DNA of 64,000 nt from Puccinia triticina. Taxonomy: Eukaryota. Both the position numbers and the translations under genes were made by a program. Positions 24,366-36,661 of this stretch are shown piece by piece. Location of the stretch: the NCBI GenBank assembly GCA_026914245.1, contig CP110440.1, forward strand, positions 2,728,001 to 2,792,000, in the 5' to 3' direction. The stretch's first letter is position 1; every line of letters starts with the position of its first letter. The notes under the pieces are model-generated. The model was not told the DNA's origin. It searched no databases and was given only the letters and a program-made list of their open reading frames with translations.

Positions 24366-25455
24366 CCGCTCCGCCCGGGCCCTCGTCGCTGCTCCGTTTA
24401 CCCCCCCCGCGGCCGCCCGCCCGCCCGCCGCCCATATCCCCCCTGCACATCCCCTCGTCCCCGCCACAACCCAACAAAACCATATCTTTCTCTTCGTGTC
24501 CCCTGTATGTGTCCTTGTGTCCTCCAGTGTATATGTACGTGTCTGCGCCCGCGACGCCCGGGCCCTGCTTTCTGCTGCTGTCTGTACTTGTACGCCGATT
24601 CCTGCTGCTTCTCCGCCCCTGCTTCGGCGCCGCCCGCCCGGCGCTCGCGTTGTCCTCATGCCCCTGTGCTGTCATACGTTTTTTTTGCGCTTGCGCTGGA
24701 GGCTTGTTTTGGGAGTGTGAGGGGTGGCTGGCACTGAACTTAACACAAGTCCCTCCCTGTGCTCGCGGGGCGCGAGCACCCTCCCGCTTGCGGGAGGGAC
24801 TTGTGCCTAATGGCCAACATTTGGCCTGAGGCTGCCCAGCCAAATGTTGAAAAATGCCTTCTAACCCAAATATCACCGTATACCCCTCTGATTTATTCAC
24901 AGCCTCTGGTACCATTAGAATCCTCTTTCATTTCTACATGATCTCAGCGGTCCAAAACAACACCTACCGCCTTCCCCTAATAAAAAAATCAATGTAAAAA
25001 TTCCACCTGAGAGCCTATCCGGCCTGATGTAGACCGGATCACCCATCCGGCCTAAGCACATGAAGATAAGGTTAGACATCAGACGTCAATACCCTTTTAT
25101 GGGTATAACTGCCGCAAGCCACCTAAGTTCTGTATTGACAAGAGACCTGTCATTCTTAAGTCAATACTGAAAAAACCCGTGAGAGTGTGTCTGACCTTGA
25201 CCTTTGGATGATCTGATGGCTTCATTGCATAGCTCAAGACAACCCCTCATAGGAATGGCTGCTGAGCGGCGAGTTTGGGACAAATTTAATTGAAAAAAAA
25301 TATGTACCAAAAACGCTGAGAAGCAGGGCTACAACATGGTATAGGAGGCTTTGAATTTTGTGCTGAGAGAAATGAGTGAAAGAGATGTAAACACAGAAAT
25401 CATGATTTTCCGTGTAAATATCTCTCAGCCTCAGGCGAAGATTGGGGCATTAGTC

Positions 25456-26222
25456 CTAAGCCTCTCCTTCGGAGACGCTTCGCGCCTCCTCGGAGAGGCT
25501 TAGTTAAAAGCTCGGGCTGGCCCGTTGCTTTCGCGGCTGGCTGTGGGCCCCGGGAGACGCGGGCTGTGCGGCCGGCGCGCCTGCTGGCTGTCCTGAGGGG
25601 CCAGAACGCGCGGGCGGAGCGCCTCTGTGCGGCTTCGGGGCGCACAGAGGCCCGGTGGCGGACTGCCGTTTATCTCGGCTTTGCCCACGTCTCGAGCGTG
25701 CTTCGAGGCGCGCTGGTTTCCTTTTTTGCGGTCGTTGTGGCCGCTTGCGCCGGGACCCGGGTGCCGTGGGGACCCGCGGGCTCGGGACGGAAGCTCTGTC
25801 CAAGCCGGCCATACACTATGTGAGAGGCCCGACGGTCGCGCCCAAACAAAGTCCCGCCCGAGGGAGGCCGAACGCCTTTTGGGTCGCGCCAAGCTTTCCC
25901 TTCCCAGTCAACCCGCCTGCTGAGGGCGCCAAGTCGCGGCTAGACTGGATAGGAGAATGGTTCACGCATTGGACACGGCCCGCATCAGAATGATCGATGG
26001 CCAGTGGGGCTGCTGTTCCTGGCACTCTCAACGCACTTTTAAACCTCTGCAACGGAACGCCAATTCCAGGCGGCTTCCGCCCAAACCTAGCTGCTCAATC
26101 CTGCGCCCTAAGATCTCTCTTGATTACTTAAAAGTGCCTTCTGCAAACTGAGAGGGGACGCGCCTGGACGCGCTGGCCCGCAGGCCGCCTTAGAGCTGGT
26201 TGGCGCAATGCGACCAGTCTCT
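25456..26222. mobile_element. GC-rich non-coding island bounded by two unrelated hairpins (unclassified repeat)
   Basis: Hairpins at 25456-25503 (ctaagcctctcc...ggagaggcttag) and 26192-26222 (agagctggt...accagtctct); abrupt GC rise. Confidence 0.4.
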
Positions 26223-26509
26223 TCCCACTCCATGGGTCAGGCAGGGTCGCCTTGGTGTCCTGGTCAAGCAGAAATGCATCTATACGTGAAACTCTGATAT
26301 AATGGGGTGTGATGTATACTGATCAATATATGTACGGTGGAAAAACAGTGGGTTGTCGACTGTTTGGAAGCGGCGAAATGGGTGTGGAAAGAGAGGGAAA
26401 GTATTCTAATTGACGTATATGTGCTATCTTTCTGTAGGTAAACGGCCTGGCTATTAGGTTTTGACTACTAAAAATAGGGTTGATTGATCTTGACACAACA
26501 TGAACCAGG

Positions 26510-26965
26510 TTATTGTGATGCAGATGAGCTGCCGGGAAAGAAATCATGTGTCACTAGGTCTCTTTTTTTAGGAGTGAATGTTTGCCAAGGTTTAGTTGGG
26601 TCGTCAGGGTCTGGCCTGCCCAGGCCCACCGGGTATTTTATCTTGGGCGGGGGCTTGTGACTGTTAGTGTGATCCTTTGAGCAGACCGCAATCGTGTACT
26701 TCTGGCCGCCCTCTTTGCAATCGGCTTTCCCACAACGATATATTTGGTACATGACGTTGGTTTGGCAAGCATCACGCTCCATGGTTTTCTTGTTCTTAGT
26801 CGTTCCTGCGCACCGGCCCCACCATGCGGGAATGAGCGACTCCAAGGCTGTCCCATCTCCGTTACACCAGCCACATCTTATGCTGCCTCTAGTGACCACG
26901 TCAATGGCAGCCACCGATAAGATGGCAGCCACCGCAAGGAACAAGACATTGCAGCGCAGGTTCAT
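26510..26965 (-). CDS. Small secreted Cys/His-rich protein, 151 aa (candidate zinc-binding effector)
   Basis: Signal MNLRCNVLFLAVAAILSVAA; CGWC, further Cys, YRCGKADC and CSKDH motifs; probable 5' UTR intron at ~27001-27105. Confidence 0.85.
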   Translation of the reverse strand: MNLRCNVLFLAVAAILSVAAIDVVTRGSIRCGWCNGDGTALESLIPAWWGRCAGTTKNKKTMERDACQTNVMYQIYRCGKADCKEGGQKYTIAVCSKDHTNSHKPPPKIKYPVGLGRPDPDDPTKPWQTFTPKKRDLVTHDFFPGSSSASQ

Positions 26966-28428
26966 GGTGGAAGTGACTTCAACGCGATTTCGACGGTGTG
27001 CTTGAATGGGGTACGGGGATAAGGGAGGGCGTGGCTCTTGATCAGCTCAGCTGGAAACACCTTATCTCCGGTCTCCAATGATCCCGATAATTTGCTACGC
27101 ACTCACCTGATGTTGGGAAGCGCGTTGCTGATCAGTTGAGGGATGCCTTTGCTCCGTCTCCGGTCTTTCGGTGTCGATGAGGAAAAAGAAGACAGGACCG
27201 GCCACAGCGGAGGCGACTTAAATACCCAACAATCTTCCACGGAAGCATGACTCCCGCTCTGCCACAGGTTTGATAAATGAGACTTATGTTTGCAAAACTT
27301 GACTAATTCTGTACCCTTATCCACTAGTCTCTAACAACAGGGGACCTCCCAAGGCGTATGATATATAAACCAGACCATTGTTGTACCAGGGCCAGAGGGG
27401 TGAATATACGGACCCCATGAAGAGTTGGATCAAGTTTCACTTCAGGACCGTTCTGTCATGGTCTTGGGAACTTCTCTCTCGTGTCTGGCGGTCGAGGAGG
27501 CCAAGTGGTCGAACCTCCCAGACTCTTGAGATCTCTCCCCGGTGACAACGGGCCGGCGGCGGCGCCAGGCGGGGTAGGGGACGCAAGTCCAGCTCCTTGA
27601 ATCAAGGCTCGCTTCGCGCCGCCGCCAGCCAGGCTCTACCAGGCCCTCCCTCCGAATAAGAAGGGGCTTGTGCTACGTTAGAGAGAACGCGAAAAGGAAC
27701 GTGGACGGTTACTTGGCGTAAAAGTTTTGCCATACATAAATAGACTGAAAGAAACGTGTTCCTGAAACTATCTTCTATGTACATACAAATCATGTGATCT
27801 GTAAAGCAACTTAAGCAGCAAAGATGACGGCAGAATGATGACGCGTTCGGGAAAAAGATCAAGCAATGATATGCCAATGAAACTCACGACAAGCCGTTCT
27901 CAATGACGCAGCTGGAAGGAATCGCTCATGGTCGAAGATACAGCGCTGCCTTGTTGCCCGGGAGTACGTATTGTGTCCCACTCCCAGGTGGTGAAATCCA
28001 ACGGCGGCGGGGACCTTGCCGGCTGTAAAACCCGCCCGTTCAACCGGAGCTGTGCAGTCCTGTTGACTGGGAGGAATCCATCTTGGTCAACACCAGCTGG
28101 CCAGTATGGTTGACCGGGGGGAATGCCACCCGGTCAACTAGAGTGTGCTATAACCCAACAGTCAATCAAGAGGAATTTCCCCCGGTTGCTGCAACTTGCA
28201 AGACTTGTGTTGTGTTAACCATAGCATTCTTGTTCAAGCACTAAAGAAAAAATCTAGAACCTGCTAGCAGTTGAGATGCAGAAGCTCAAAGGAAGCTCGA
28301 GGTGATGCTCAAGCCTTTCTTGAAGGTTATTTCAGCCAAGGTTGAATGCACAGTCACTGTGCATGAAAGGGCATGATGTAATTATGTGGAGTTACAATGG
28401 CAGTTACACTGAAGTGTGCCACATGTCA

Positions 28429-29226
28429 TGTGAGACTGTGTCTCTTATGCAACAGAAAGACACAAGGAAAAGAGGGGGGGACTGTTTGAATTTCTTAAGA
28501 AATAACAAACAGAGATAGAGAAAGAAAGATAGAGAGAAAGAGAAAGAGAATGATCAGGCCTAGACTTTAAGTCTTTGATTATGATCTGGGCTATTCTCAA
28601 CATGGAAAAGTTGGATTCCAGCTGTGCAAGGCCAAGAAAGTGCAACAGCCTCCACTCACAACAAGGAAACATTGGTGGGAATCAGAAGTAGGGTTACTAC
28701 TTTGCTCTGGTTTTTAGACTATAGGGGGTTTCAAGATTGATGCTGGATTGAAATGTCACATGCATAAATTTCCATGACATTCTAGAAAGAATCCTTTCCG
28801 GATCAGTAAGCTTGGACTGCTCACAGGTGAAATCAAAGATTGTCTCAACCTCAACCAACACTCAAGACCAAAAGATCAACATATTGACTTGGCTCAAATT
28901 ACTCAACAAACACTCAGCCACACTTCACATTGACACCACGCAAGGTACTCAGGGGGAGAACTAGAGGTACCTTGATTGAATTTGTCACTCGGCTAAGTCG
29001 GTTACTTATGATCTTCTTTGTTTTAGTTTCTGTCTCAAATCTATTGTCTTCATTATTGTCTGTCTGTTCTAGATTACATTTCTACATCATTAGGTAAAAC
29101 TTATTTCATCATATTTACCATTATTATGTTTATATTGATCCTTGTTGTGTTGGTTGTTCAAGTTATTACTACTACTGGTTTTCTAAAGTTTTTGCAATAA
29201 AAAAGATCAGAATTCTCATTCCTACA
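28429..29226. mobile_element. Possible solo LTR
   Basis: TGTGAG...CCTACA termini and LTR-like composition; no TSD. Confidence 0.35.
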
Positions 29227-29379
29227 ATTGATTCAGGTTGGAGTTTCCAGGAAAAATGACCAACCTGGAATGTTTCCTGCAGACATGATCTCCTTATCCC
29301 TATGCCCTTCCATGACCTCCAGGACCACAGGAAATCAGGAAATATTCAACCAAAGAAAAGACCAATCAGACCTTTTTCT

Positions 29380-30423
29380 GAGGGGAGGACCAAGGTGGAA
29401 TCCAAGGCAAAAAAACTGGTGTTTGATAGGTGTTGAGAAAAAAAGCCGGGGGGGGCGGGGGTTTGAGAAAAGGGGCCGGCTTTATGCACTCCAAATATTT
29501 ACTACATGCACTCCAAAAAAGGAGTGAACTTGTTTCTACTCCAATCAATGTTGTAGTGAACAAATGTTCACTCCAAAAGTGGGCTAAATTGGAGTGTTCA
29601 GAATTTCACTCCAATATTTATTGGAGTGGAAACTTGTGCGCTCCAATCTTGAAACTTGGTATGTTTCAAGATTGAAGTGTACTACTGTACACTCCAATAA
29701 ATACTGGAGTGTACTCCTGTACACTCCAATAAATACTGGAGTGTACTGCTGTACAGTGTACACACCAACAAAGACTGGAGTTTACACCTATTTCAAATAC
29801 ATCCGTGCACTCCAAGCAGCTCCTCCAGATCAACAAAGTCATGCTTTGACCCTTGGAGACCCTGCCTCCCCCCTACAGACAAACTTCCACCACACTCACA
29901 TTCCTCTCCTTAATAATAGGCACCAAAGATTCCAGTGATTATGAGCCTATTTATATGCTCTTTCTCAATGGGAATCACTGGCCCCACTTTTTTGGAGTGC
30001 CCAGTGGTCCACACTCCAAAAGAAAACATGGAGTGGGTTGAACTCCACTCCACAGTTTGAGTGCCTAATCTTATACTCCATTTTTTTGGAGTGCACAAGT
30101 TTTCACTCCAATAAATGTTGGAGTGAACTTCTGAACACTCCAATTTAGCCTACTTTTGTAGTGAACAAAGGTTCACTCCAAGTATATATTAGAGTGAAAT
30201 TCCAAACACTCCAATTCAGCCCACTTTTGGAGTGAACCTTTGCTCACTCCAAAATTTATTGGAGTAGACACAAGTTCACTCCTTTTTTGGAGTGCATTTA
30301 GTAAATATTTGGAGTGCATAAAGCCAGCCCCTTTTCTCAAACCCCCGCCCCCCCCGGCTTTTTTTCTCAACATCTATCAAACACCAGTTTTTTTGCCTTG
30401 GATTCCACCTTGGTCCTCCCCTC
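29380..30423. mobile_element. Long-TIR (Mutator/foldback-like) non-autonomous element
   Basis: ~250-bp near-perfect inverted repeats starting GAGGGGAGGACCAAGG; many cactccaa/ttggagtg submotifs; TSD not confirmed. Confidence 0.85.
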
Positions 30424-31757
30424 CCCCTCCCCTACACCATTGATTTTTCAATGCAATCATCACACCTACACATAACAGGAGGGACCGGCCACCAATGGCT
30501 GGTCAGTAGGCCCTACACTCTCAATGGCAGACTGGTCATTGATAGGGGTACACACCTCCCTCAATTCCAGGTCTGTCAACAACATTTTGCCCCATTCTTG
30601 ATGACCAGTTTTTTCTGCTCACATTTTCCTCTCAATTACCCAATTAAACTGGTCCAAGCTGTCTCCACTCATTTACTTCCTGCACAATTTTCCGGACAGG
30701 ACTCCACTGCATGGGGGAAATGGAGTCCCAACTGTAGATCCGGTGGTTCCTACTTGTGTGTAGGTTTTCACCGGGATCGGTGTTTGGGTCTTGGGTGAGA
30801 GATCCCTTGAAATCTTGCAGGCTTCATCAATCACTAGGTGTGACCTGGCTATGAGTCAGTTTCCTGAGCCAGGGATTAGTGATCTAAAGGAGTCTCTCCT
30901 CCTGGGGAAGAGAGGAAAACAAGGGGCCACTGTAATAACAGCGGCAAGATGGGGGGATAGTGCTACACCACTAAGTCAGGGAGATGCCTGAGCCTACGCA
31001 AGCCCCCCAATTTTGACCCTCAGATTCCTTGAGACCACAAATTTACTGGAAGCAAGAAAGAAAAACAAAGTTTATATTGAGTACATGTCTACAACAACGT
31101 ACGGCACGAAGGGTAGCGTGCATCTGTGCCGCCTCACCCATCATATTACAAACAAAACCTGAGCTAGAATCCCTTACAAATCATTTGGGAGGGCAATCAC
31201 TATCTGGTTTAACACCTCTTGGCTGGGCCTTATCCCTCTCAACAACACGTCTGCAATGTTGTTCTTGGAAGATACCCGTTTTGCAACAAGATTTATATTC
31301 TCCTTAAAGGATGGCCCAAATCTTAAAACGTTTCACAATACTAAGAGTTTTATTGCTCAGAATATACTGGTCTATCTGTCAAACACAGAGACATGAGAAA
31401 TGAGAAAAGCAATATTTTACCTAAGAGTGGATCAGTGGCCAACTCCGGTAGAGCAATGAGAGTAGATGATAAAGATGAAATGGCTGTGAAGCAGCTGAAG
31501 TAGCGCAGTGGCGATGGTGACAATTACATCTAATAGATCAAGAGGCAACTGCGCTTGGCGTTAAAGATGGCACAAAGTACCCGTTTGCGGGTACCCAGCA
31601 CCTGTTTGCGGGTACTTGTCAAGGTTTGGGGGGTACTCGCCGGCGGGTGCGGGTGTCCAGATTCTGGGGTAAAAAAATGGCGGGTACCCGCGCCAAGTAC
31701 CCGCCAAACACTCGCCCTGCCCACGCAGCCAGATTCTTGTATTGCACATATTTATAT

Positions 31758-31912
31758 TAGGGGGTTTCAAAGTAGACCCGCGCGTGCATGCAGGTCACTT
31801 TGCATAACCCAGCTTTGCGGGGAGACTGCAAGTTGACGTTCAACATTTGAGTTGAACGCCGGCTTGCCTTGCCTTGCAAGTGGCACGCCCGGGTCTACTT
31901 TGAATCCCGCTA
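31758..31912. mobile_element. hAT-like MITE
   Basis: TIR tagggggtttcaaagtagacccg / cgggtctactttgaatcccgcta. Confidence 0.75.
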
Positions 31913-31957
31913 TTATGTATATACATATGGCATACCTATGTATATTATGTATATACA

Positions 31958-32325
31958 TAGGGATGAAAACCATCCTGTCCGTTTGCGTGCAAACGGACAG
32001 GAAGGTGACGTTCAGGCCTGTCCGTTTGCATGCAAGCGGACAGGACGAGGTGTAGTCGTCCTTTCTGTTCGCATGCAAACGGACAGGCCCGAGGTGTAGT
32101 CGTCCTGTCGGACAGGCGCGAACATCACCGTCCTGTCTGTTTGCACGCAAACGGACAGGCCCGACAAACGTACAGGACGACTACACCTCGTCCTGTCCGT
32201 TTGCGCGCAAACGGACAGGACACACACAACATCACTGTCCTGTGTAATCTGTTTTGTCCAATTACGCGTAATCACACAAAATCTGGACACCCGCGCCCGC
32301 AGCCTGCACCCGCCGGCGGGCCCTA
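31958..32325. mobile_element. hAT MITE with an Ac-type TAGGGATGAAA left end
   Basis: Perfect 8-bp TSD tatataca; internal palindromes cctgtccgtttgc...gcaaacggacagg. Confidence 0.8.
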
Positions 32326-32402
32326 TATATACATATGGCATACCATATGCCATGTTGCCCCCAGCCCGATCCGACCGGCCCTCCCTCAGCCTCAACCATC
32401 AA

Positions 32403-35400
32403 TCTAAGTATATTAAATCCACACTTTCGTGGAAATTGGGATCAAGGGTTTCCCCTGCAATTTTCTGAAAAGGGGCTTAAAATTTAGCCCCCTGTGCCCA
32501 AATGGCAAGCACTTGCGTCCAACCTTCAATTTTCTCAGGTATCAGCATATTACGCTTAATACCACAAGAAAATTGATTTAAAGTCCCCGAACATAAATGC
32601 CTCGGACTTGCCCCCCAATTCCTGAACCAGGAATGAAAAGGGGCAGGATTCAACCCCCTCGTGCCTGTTGCAATTGCAAGGGCAGGAGGGGGGCAAAAAA
32701 AAAGCTCAGCGCGCAATTGCAGAGAATGTCCGCCTCAGGTCAAAAACAATTGTAATTGACGGAGGGGGGGTTAAAAACCTGTGCAAATGCAACAGGGCAG
32801 TAAAAAAAATTTGTTCCCCTTGGGCCTATTGCAAGTGCAAAGGTGGAGGGGGAAAGGACGGGGTCTGCTCAAACTGCGCAAATGCAACAGTGGAGCTGGA
32901 GCCACCGCCGGGGAAAAAGATAGTCAGGGAGCCTGATATTTAAGCTCTTCCCCAGGCGCCTGAACCAAGGGATTGGTTTCAGGCACGAAGTCATTTTGGA
33001 ATACAAGTAAACTCAAACTGGTTCCTGTACGCGGCGTCGAGCGCCTCGCGTTTCGGACCTTCAACCAAATACAGGGTATGCCACCGCGCCCCATCTGATT
33101 TGGCAGGAGGATCGATAGGGATTGATGTCATCACTTGCTGTATCAAGCAAGTCGTCTACGAAACGCTTCGGAGGTGTGTTTGAGGCTGGACCCTCATTGG
33201 GAGCGGTGCCTTCCAAACCGTTGCCCCGCCAGCTCGCCGAGAGGAAAGTTCCTCCCGGCGAGCTGGTATATGTTTGCCGGGAGGAACTTCCCTCTTGGCG
33301 AGCTGGTATACACCATACCAGCTCGCCGGGAGGAGAGTCCCTCTCGGCGAGCTGGTATAAATGTATACCAGCTCGCCCACCAGCTCGCCGAGAGGGTTCC
33401 CTCTTGGCGAGCTGGTATCCACATACCAGCTCGCCGGGAGTAGAGTCCCTCTCGGCGAGCTGGTATCCACATACCAGCTCGCCGGGAGTAGAGTCCCTCT
33501 CGGCGAGCTGGTATCCACATACCAGCTCGCCGGGAGTAGAGTCCCTCTCGGCGAGCTGGTATCCACATACCAGCTCGCCGGGAGTAGAGTCCCTCTCGGC
33601 GAGCTGGTATAAATATATACCAGCTCGCCCAGAGGAGAGTCCCTCTCGGCGAGCTGGTATACCCATACCAGCTCGCCGGGAGGAACTTCCCTCTCGCCGA
33701 GCTGGTATACACATACCAGCTCGCCGGGAGGAGTTTCCCTCTCTCCGAGCTGGTATACACATACCAGCTCGCCGGGAGGAGAGTCCCTCTCGGCGAGCTG
33801 GTATACGTATACCAGCTTGCCGAGAGGAGAGTCCCTCTTGGCGATACCAGCTCGCCGGGAGGAACTTCCCCTCGGCGAGCTGGTATACACATACCAGCTT
33901 GCTGGGAGGAGTTTCCCTCTCGGCGAGCTGGTATACACATACCGGCTTGCTGGGAGGAGTTTCCCTCTCGGCGAGCTGGTATACACACATACCAGCTCGC
34001 CGGGAGGGAGTAGAGTCCCTCTCGGCGAGCTGGTATAAATATATACCAGCTCGCCCACCAGCTCGCCGAGAGGGTTCCCTCTCGGCGAGCTGGTATCCAC
34101 ATACCAGCTCGCCGGGAGTAGAGTCCCTCTCGGCGAGCTGGTATAGATATATACCAGCTCGCCCAGAGGAGAGTCCCTCTCGCCGAGCTGGTATACCCAT
34201 ACCAGCTCGCCGGGAGGAACTTCCCTCTCCCCGAGCTGGTATACACATACCAGCTCGCCGGGAGGAGTTTCCCTCTCGCCGAGCTGGTATACACATACCA
34301 GCTCGCCGGGAGGAGAGTCCTTCTCGGCGAGCTGGTATACGTATACCAGCTTGCCGAGAGGAGAGTCCCTCTTGGCGAGCTGGTATACACATACCAGCTT
34401 GCTGGGAGGAGTTTCCCTCTTGGCGAGCTGGTATACACACATACCAGCTCGCCATACATATACCCCCTCGCACGCCCCTACACGCCCCTGCAGGGGCGTG
34501 CACACCCCCGCACACCCACACCCACACCTGTGCAAAGCACACGCCCGACAATAGGCATGTGTGGGCGGGCATAGGAAAAAAAGGGTGTGCCCTTTGTATC
34601 AAGCGAGTCCAAGGTGATGTGCTTTGAAGTTGAACTGTGTCCGCTGCAGGTAACCCATGTGACGGTTTTGTCTGATAATGTGCTGGACAATGATTCCAAT
34701 GGGACCTCAAGCTCACTTGATGGCGGCTCTTTTCTCAGCACTCCTAGGAATAAACAGGTGGTGGTTTTATGTGTATGATTTCCGTGATCAATTCTTCTGG
34801 TGTAGGGACCGCAATTGGATGTGTATAGGGGTTACTTATAAAAACATCTACTTGAGACAAGTTTCCATTGAAAATTTTCTTCAGAAAACATCTTTCCCTC
34901 TCTGCATTCTTGACTTGGGAAAAGGTTGTATGGCCAGTATGAGTAGGATTTAGATTGGCAAGCCTCCTTTGTGTTACGAGTTGGCAGCACTTGATTTTGA
35001 AAAAGTGTTGTGCTCTCAAGTTGAGGGCAGGCTGGGAGCTACAAGGTTATTTGCTTTGGTGATTTTCTGGAGCTGCCCTGGGAGTACTGCGGCGTAGTGG
35101 CCTTGTACTCTGGTATTTAAATTCAGACAGTTTAGTTATTCTTTCCACATTTACTTAAACAGTACAGTAGCTCTTTTGTTACAAATTGAGGATTGTTAGA
35201 GTAGTTCCTTTTTTGTTACAAACTCAGTTGTGAGGATTTGTCAAGAAATGTTTGAGTAACAACTGTTGTATCATTTGTTATAAAGACTCCAGTCTTTAGT
35301 CTTGGTTGGTTTGGTCTTCATGGGGTTTATCATGTTTTCTTTTTTTATTTACTCTTGTTTGACAAATTTCATACTTTTACTTTTGGACTCTATGAAAAAA

Positions 35401-35557
35401 TTAAGAGTTTAATATCCTCAATTTCTGAGGAAAGTCCAGGTACTCTTTGCATCTTTACATTGGGCAGGCAGGGGCACATGGCAGGGTGGTGGGCTGGAGT
35501 GGGCGACTTGTATTTTGGTCCCTGCGAGTGCAGCGGTGTAGCCGCCTTGGACTCTAG
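32403..35557 (+). mobile_element. Non-autonomous Helitron
   Basis: a|TCTAAGTATATTAAA...caagggtttcccctgcaa 5' end shared with 45707; 3' end gcggtgtagccgc hairpin + CTAG|t; A|T target and no TSD. Confidence 0.85.
33229..34452. repeat. Palindromic minisatellite, ~44-bp unit, roughly 25-28 copies
   Basis: Unit ataccagctcgccg-ggaggagagtccctct-cggcgagctggtat-acac, with higher-order block duplication. Confidence 0.95.
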
Positions 35558-36661
35558 TGGCACTTAAACAGAAAAGCAAGAAGCGCTGCAAAGCAGCTCA
35601 ATCACCCACCTCCTCAGTCGCCAGTTGTACCCCGGCAAATAACATACTGGCGAGTACCCGCTGCAAGTACCCCGGTACTCTCCCCTTCTTCCCTGGCGGG
35701 TGCCGGGTGCGGGTGCGGGTGCCCAAGATCTGGGGATTTTAACGCGGGTACTCGGACTTGTTGGCGGGTACCCGGGTGCAAGGGGCCATCTTTACTCGGC
35801 GTCAGTGCTATGACTTCCAGGGAAGAAGCTATTATGTCAGCCTTGGTAATGCCAAGAGTGAAGCTCTTCTAGCTAAACCGGGTGAGAATGTATGATTTTT
35901 TAGGTTTTTTTGGAATATTTTTGTTTATTTATTTCAAAGAAATAAATATAAAGAATAGGGGCCTGATGTATCGGGGGTGGTTTGATCTCTCTGAGATAGG
36001 TGGCTGGGGCCTGATAACAGGTTTGGTTTGGATCCCAGACTTACAGAAAGAAGAAAGGAGGCGATAATGTGAAGGGTATTTACTTACTATTAGTAACCTA
36101 TCACTTATCGCGACGATCTTCAAAGACGAGGACAATGACAAAGGCGTTTAGATGAAGGTTTCTACTGAAAACTGTATTGATTGATTTCGGATTCGAGTCG
36201 ATAGAGTTGTCAGTTGATTGTTCGGTGTGTCTAAGCTGAGGAGAAAAGAGAAGAGGGAGAACTGACCTATTTATATATCCTAGATGTCTCCAAGTTTGAT
36301 GGGGAAGTCTCTTCAATGACTACGGATTGGGGCGGTTACTATCACTCAATGATCATTTGACTTGCAATGGGGCGGTCGATATCCGTCAGTTTATCTTTCT
36401 CTTGCTCGATTGGGGCGCTGTTATTTATCAATGTCAATCTGTTTATCTCAAAATTTGGATGGGGAAGTTGTTGTCCATAAGATCATACTTGTGGATGATC
36501 TCTCTAAAGTTACCAAACATTGGACACCTGTCACTTGAATGTCTTTGAAAGGTGTAACTCGCGCACCCGAGTGTACTTTATACTTCACCCGGAGTATATT
36601 ACCAATATTCTCTAGTTTTAAAGATAAATATCAATATTAAACTATATGTACAATATATTTT

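Larger units (their letters stand above)
31562..35794. mobile_element. hAT-type non-autonomous element hosting nested insertions
   Basis: TIR TAAAGATGGC / GCCATCTTTA; 8-bp TSD cttggcgt / ctcggcgt; cgggtac subterminal repeats at both ends. Confidence 0.85.

Noticed and set aside
21112..24915. Many long antisense and alternate-frame ORFs
   Set aside because: Shadow ORFs of the extremely GC-rich BCAS3-like gene
33061..34716. Long 421-551-aa ORFs on both strands, and the CRISPR-like look of the palindromic array
   Set aside because: The ORFs arise from a stop-poor tandem repeat; the loops are related variants rather than unique spacers; there are no cas genes and the context is eukaryotic
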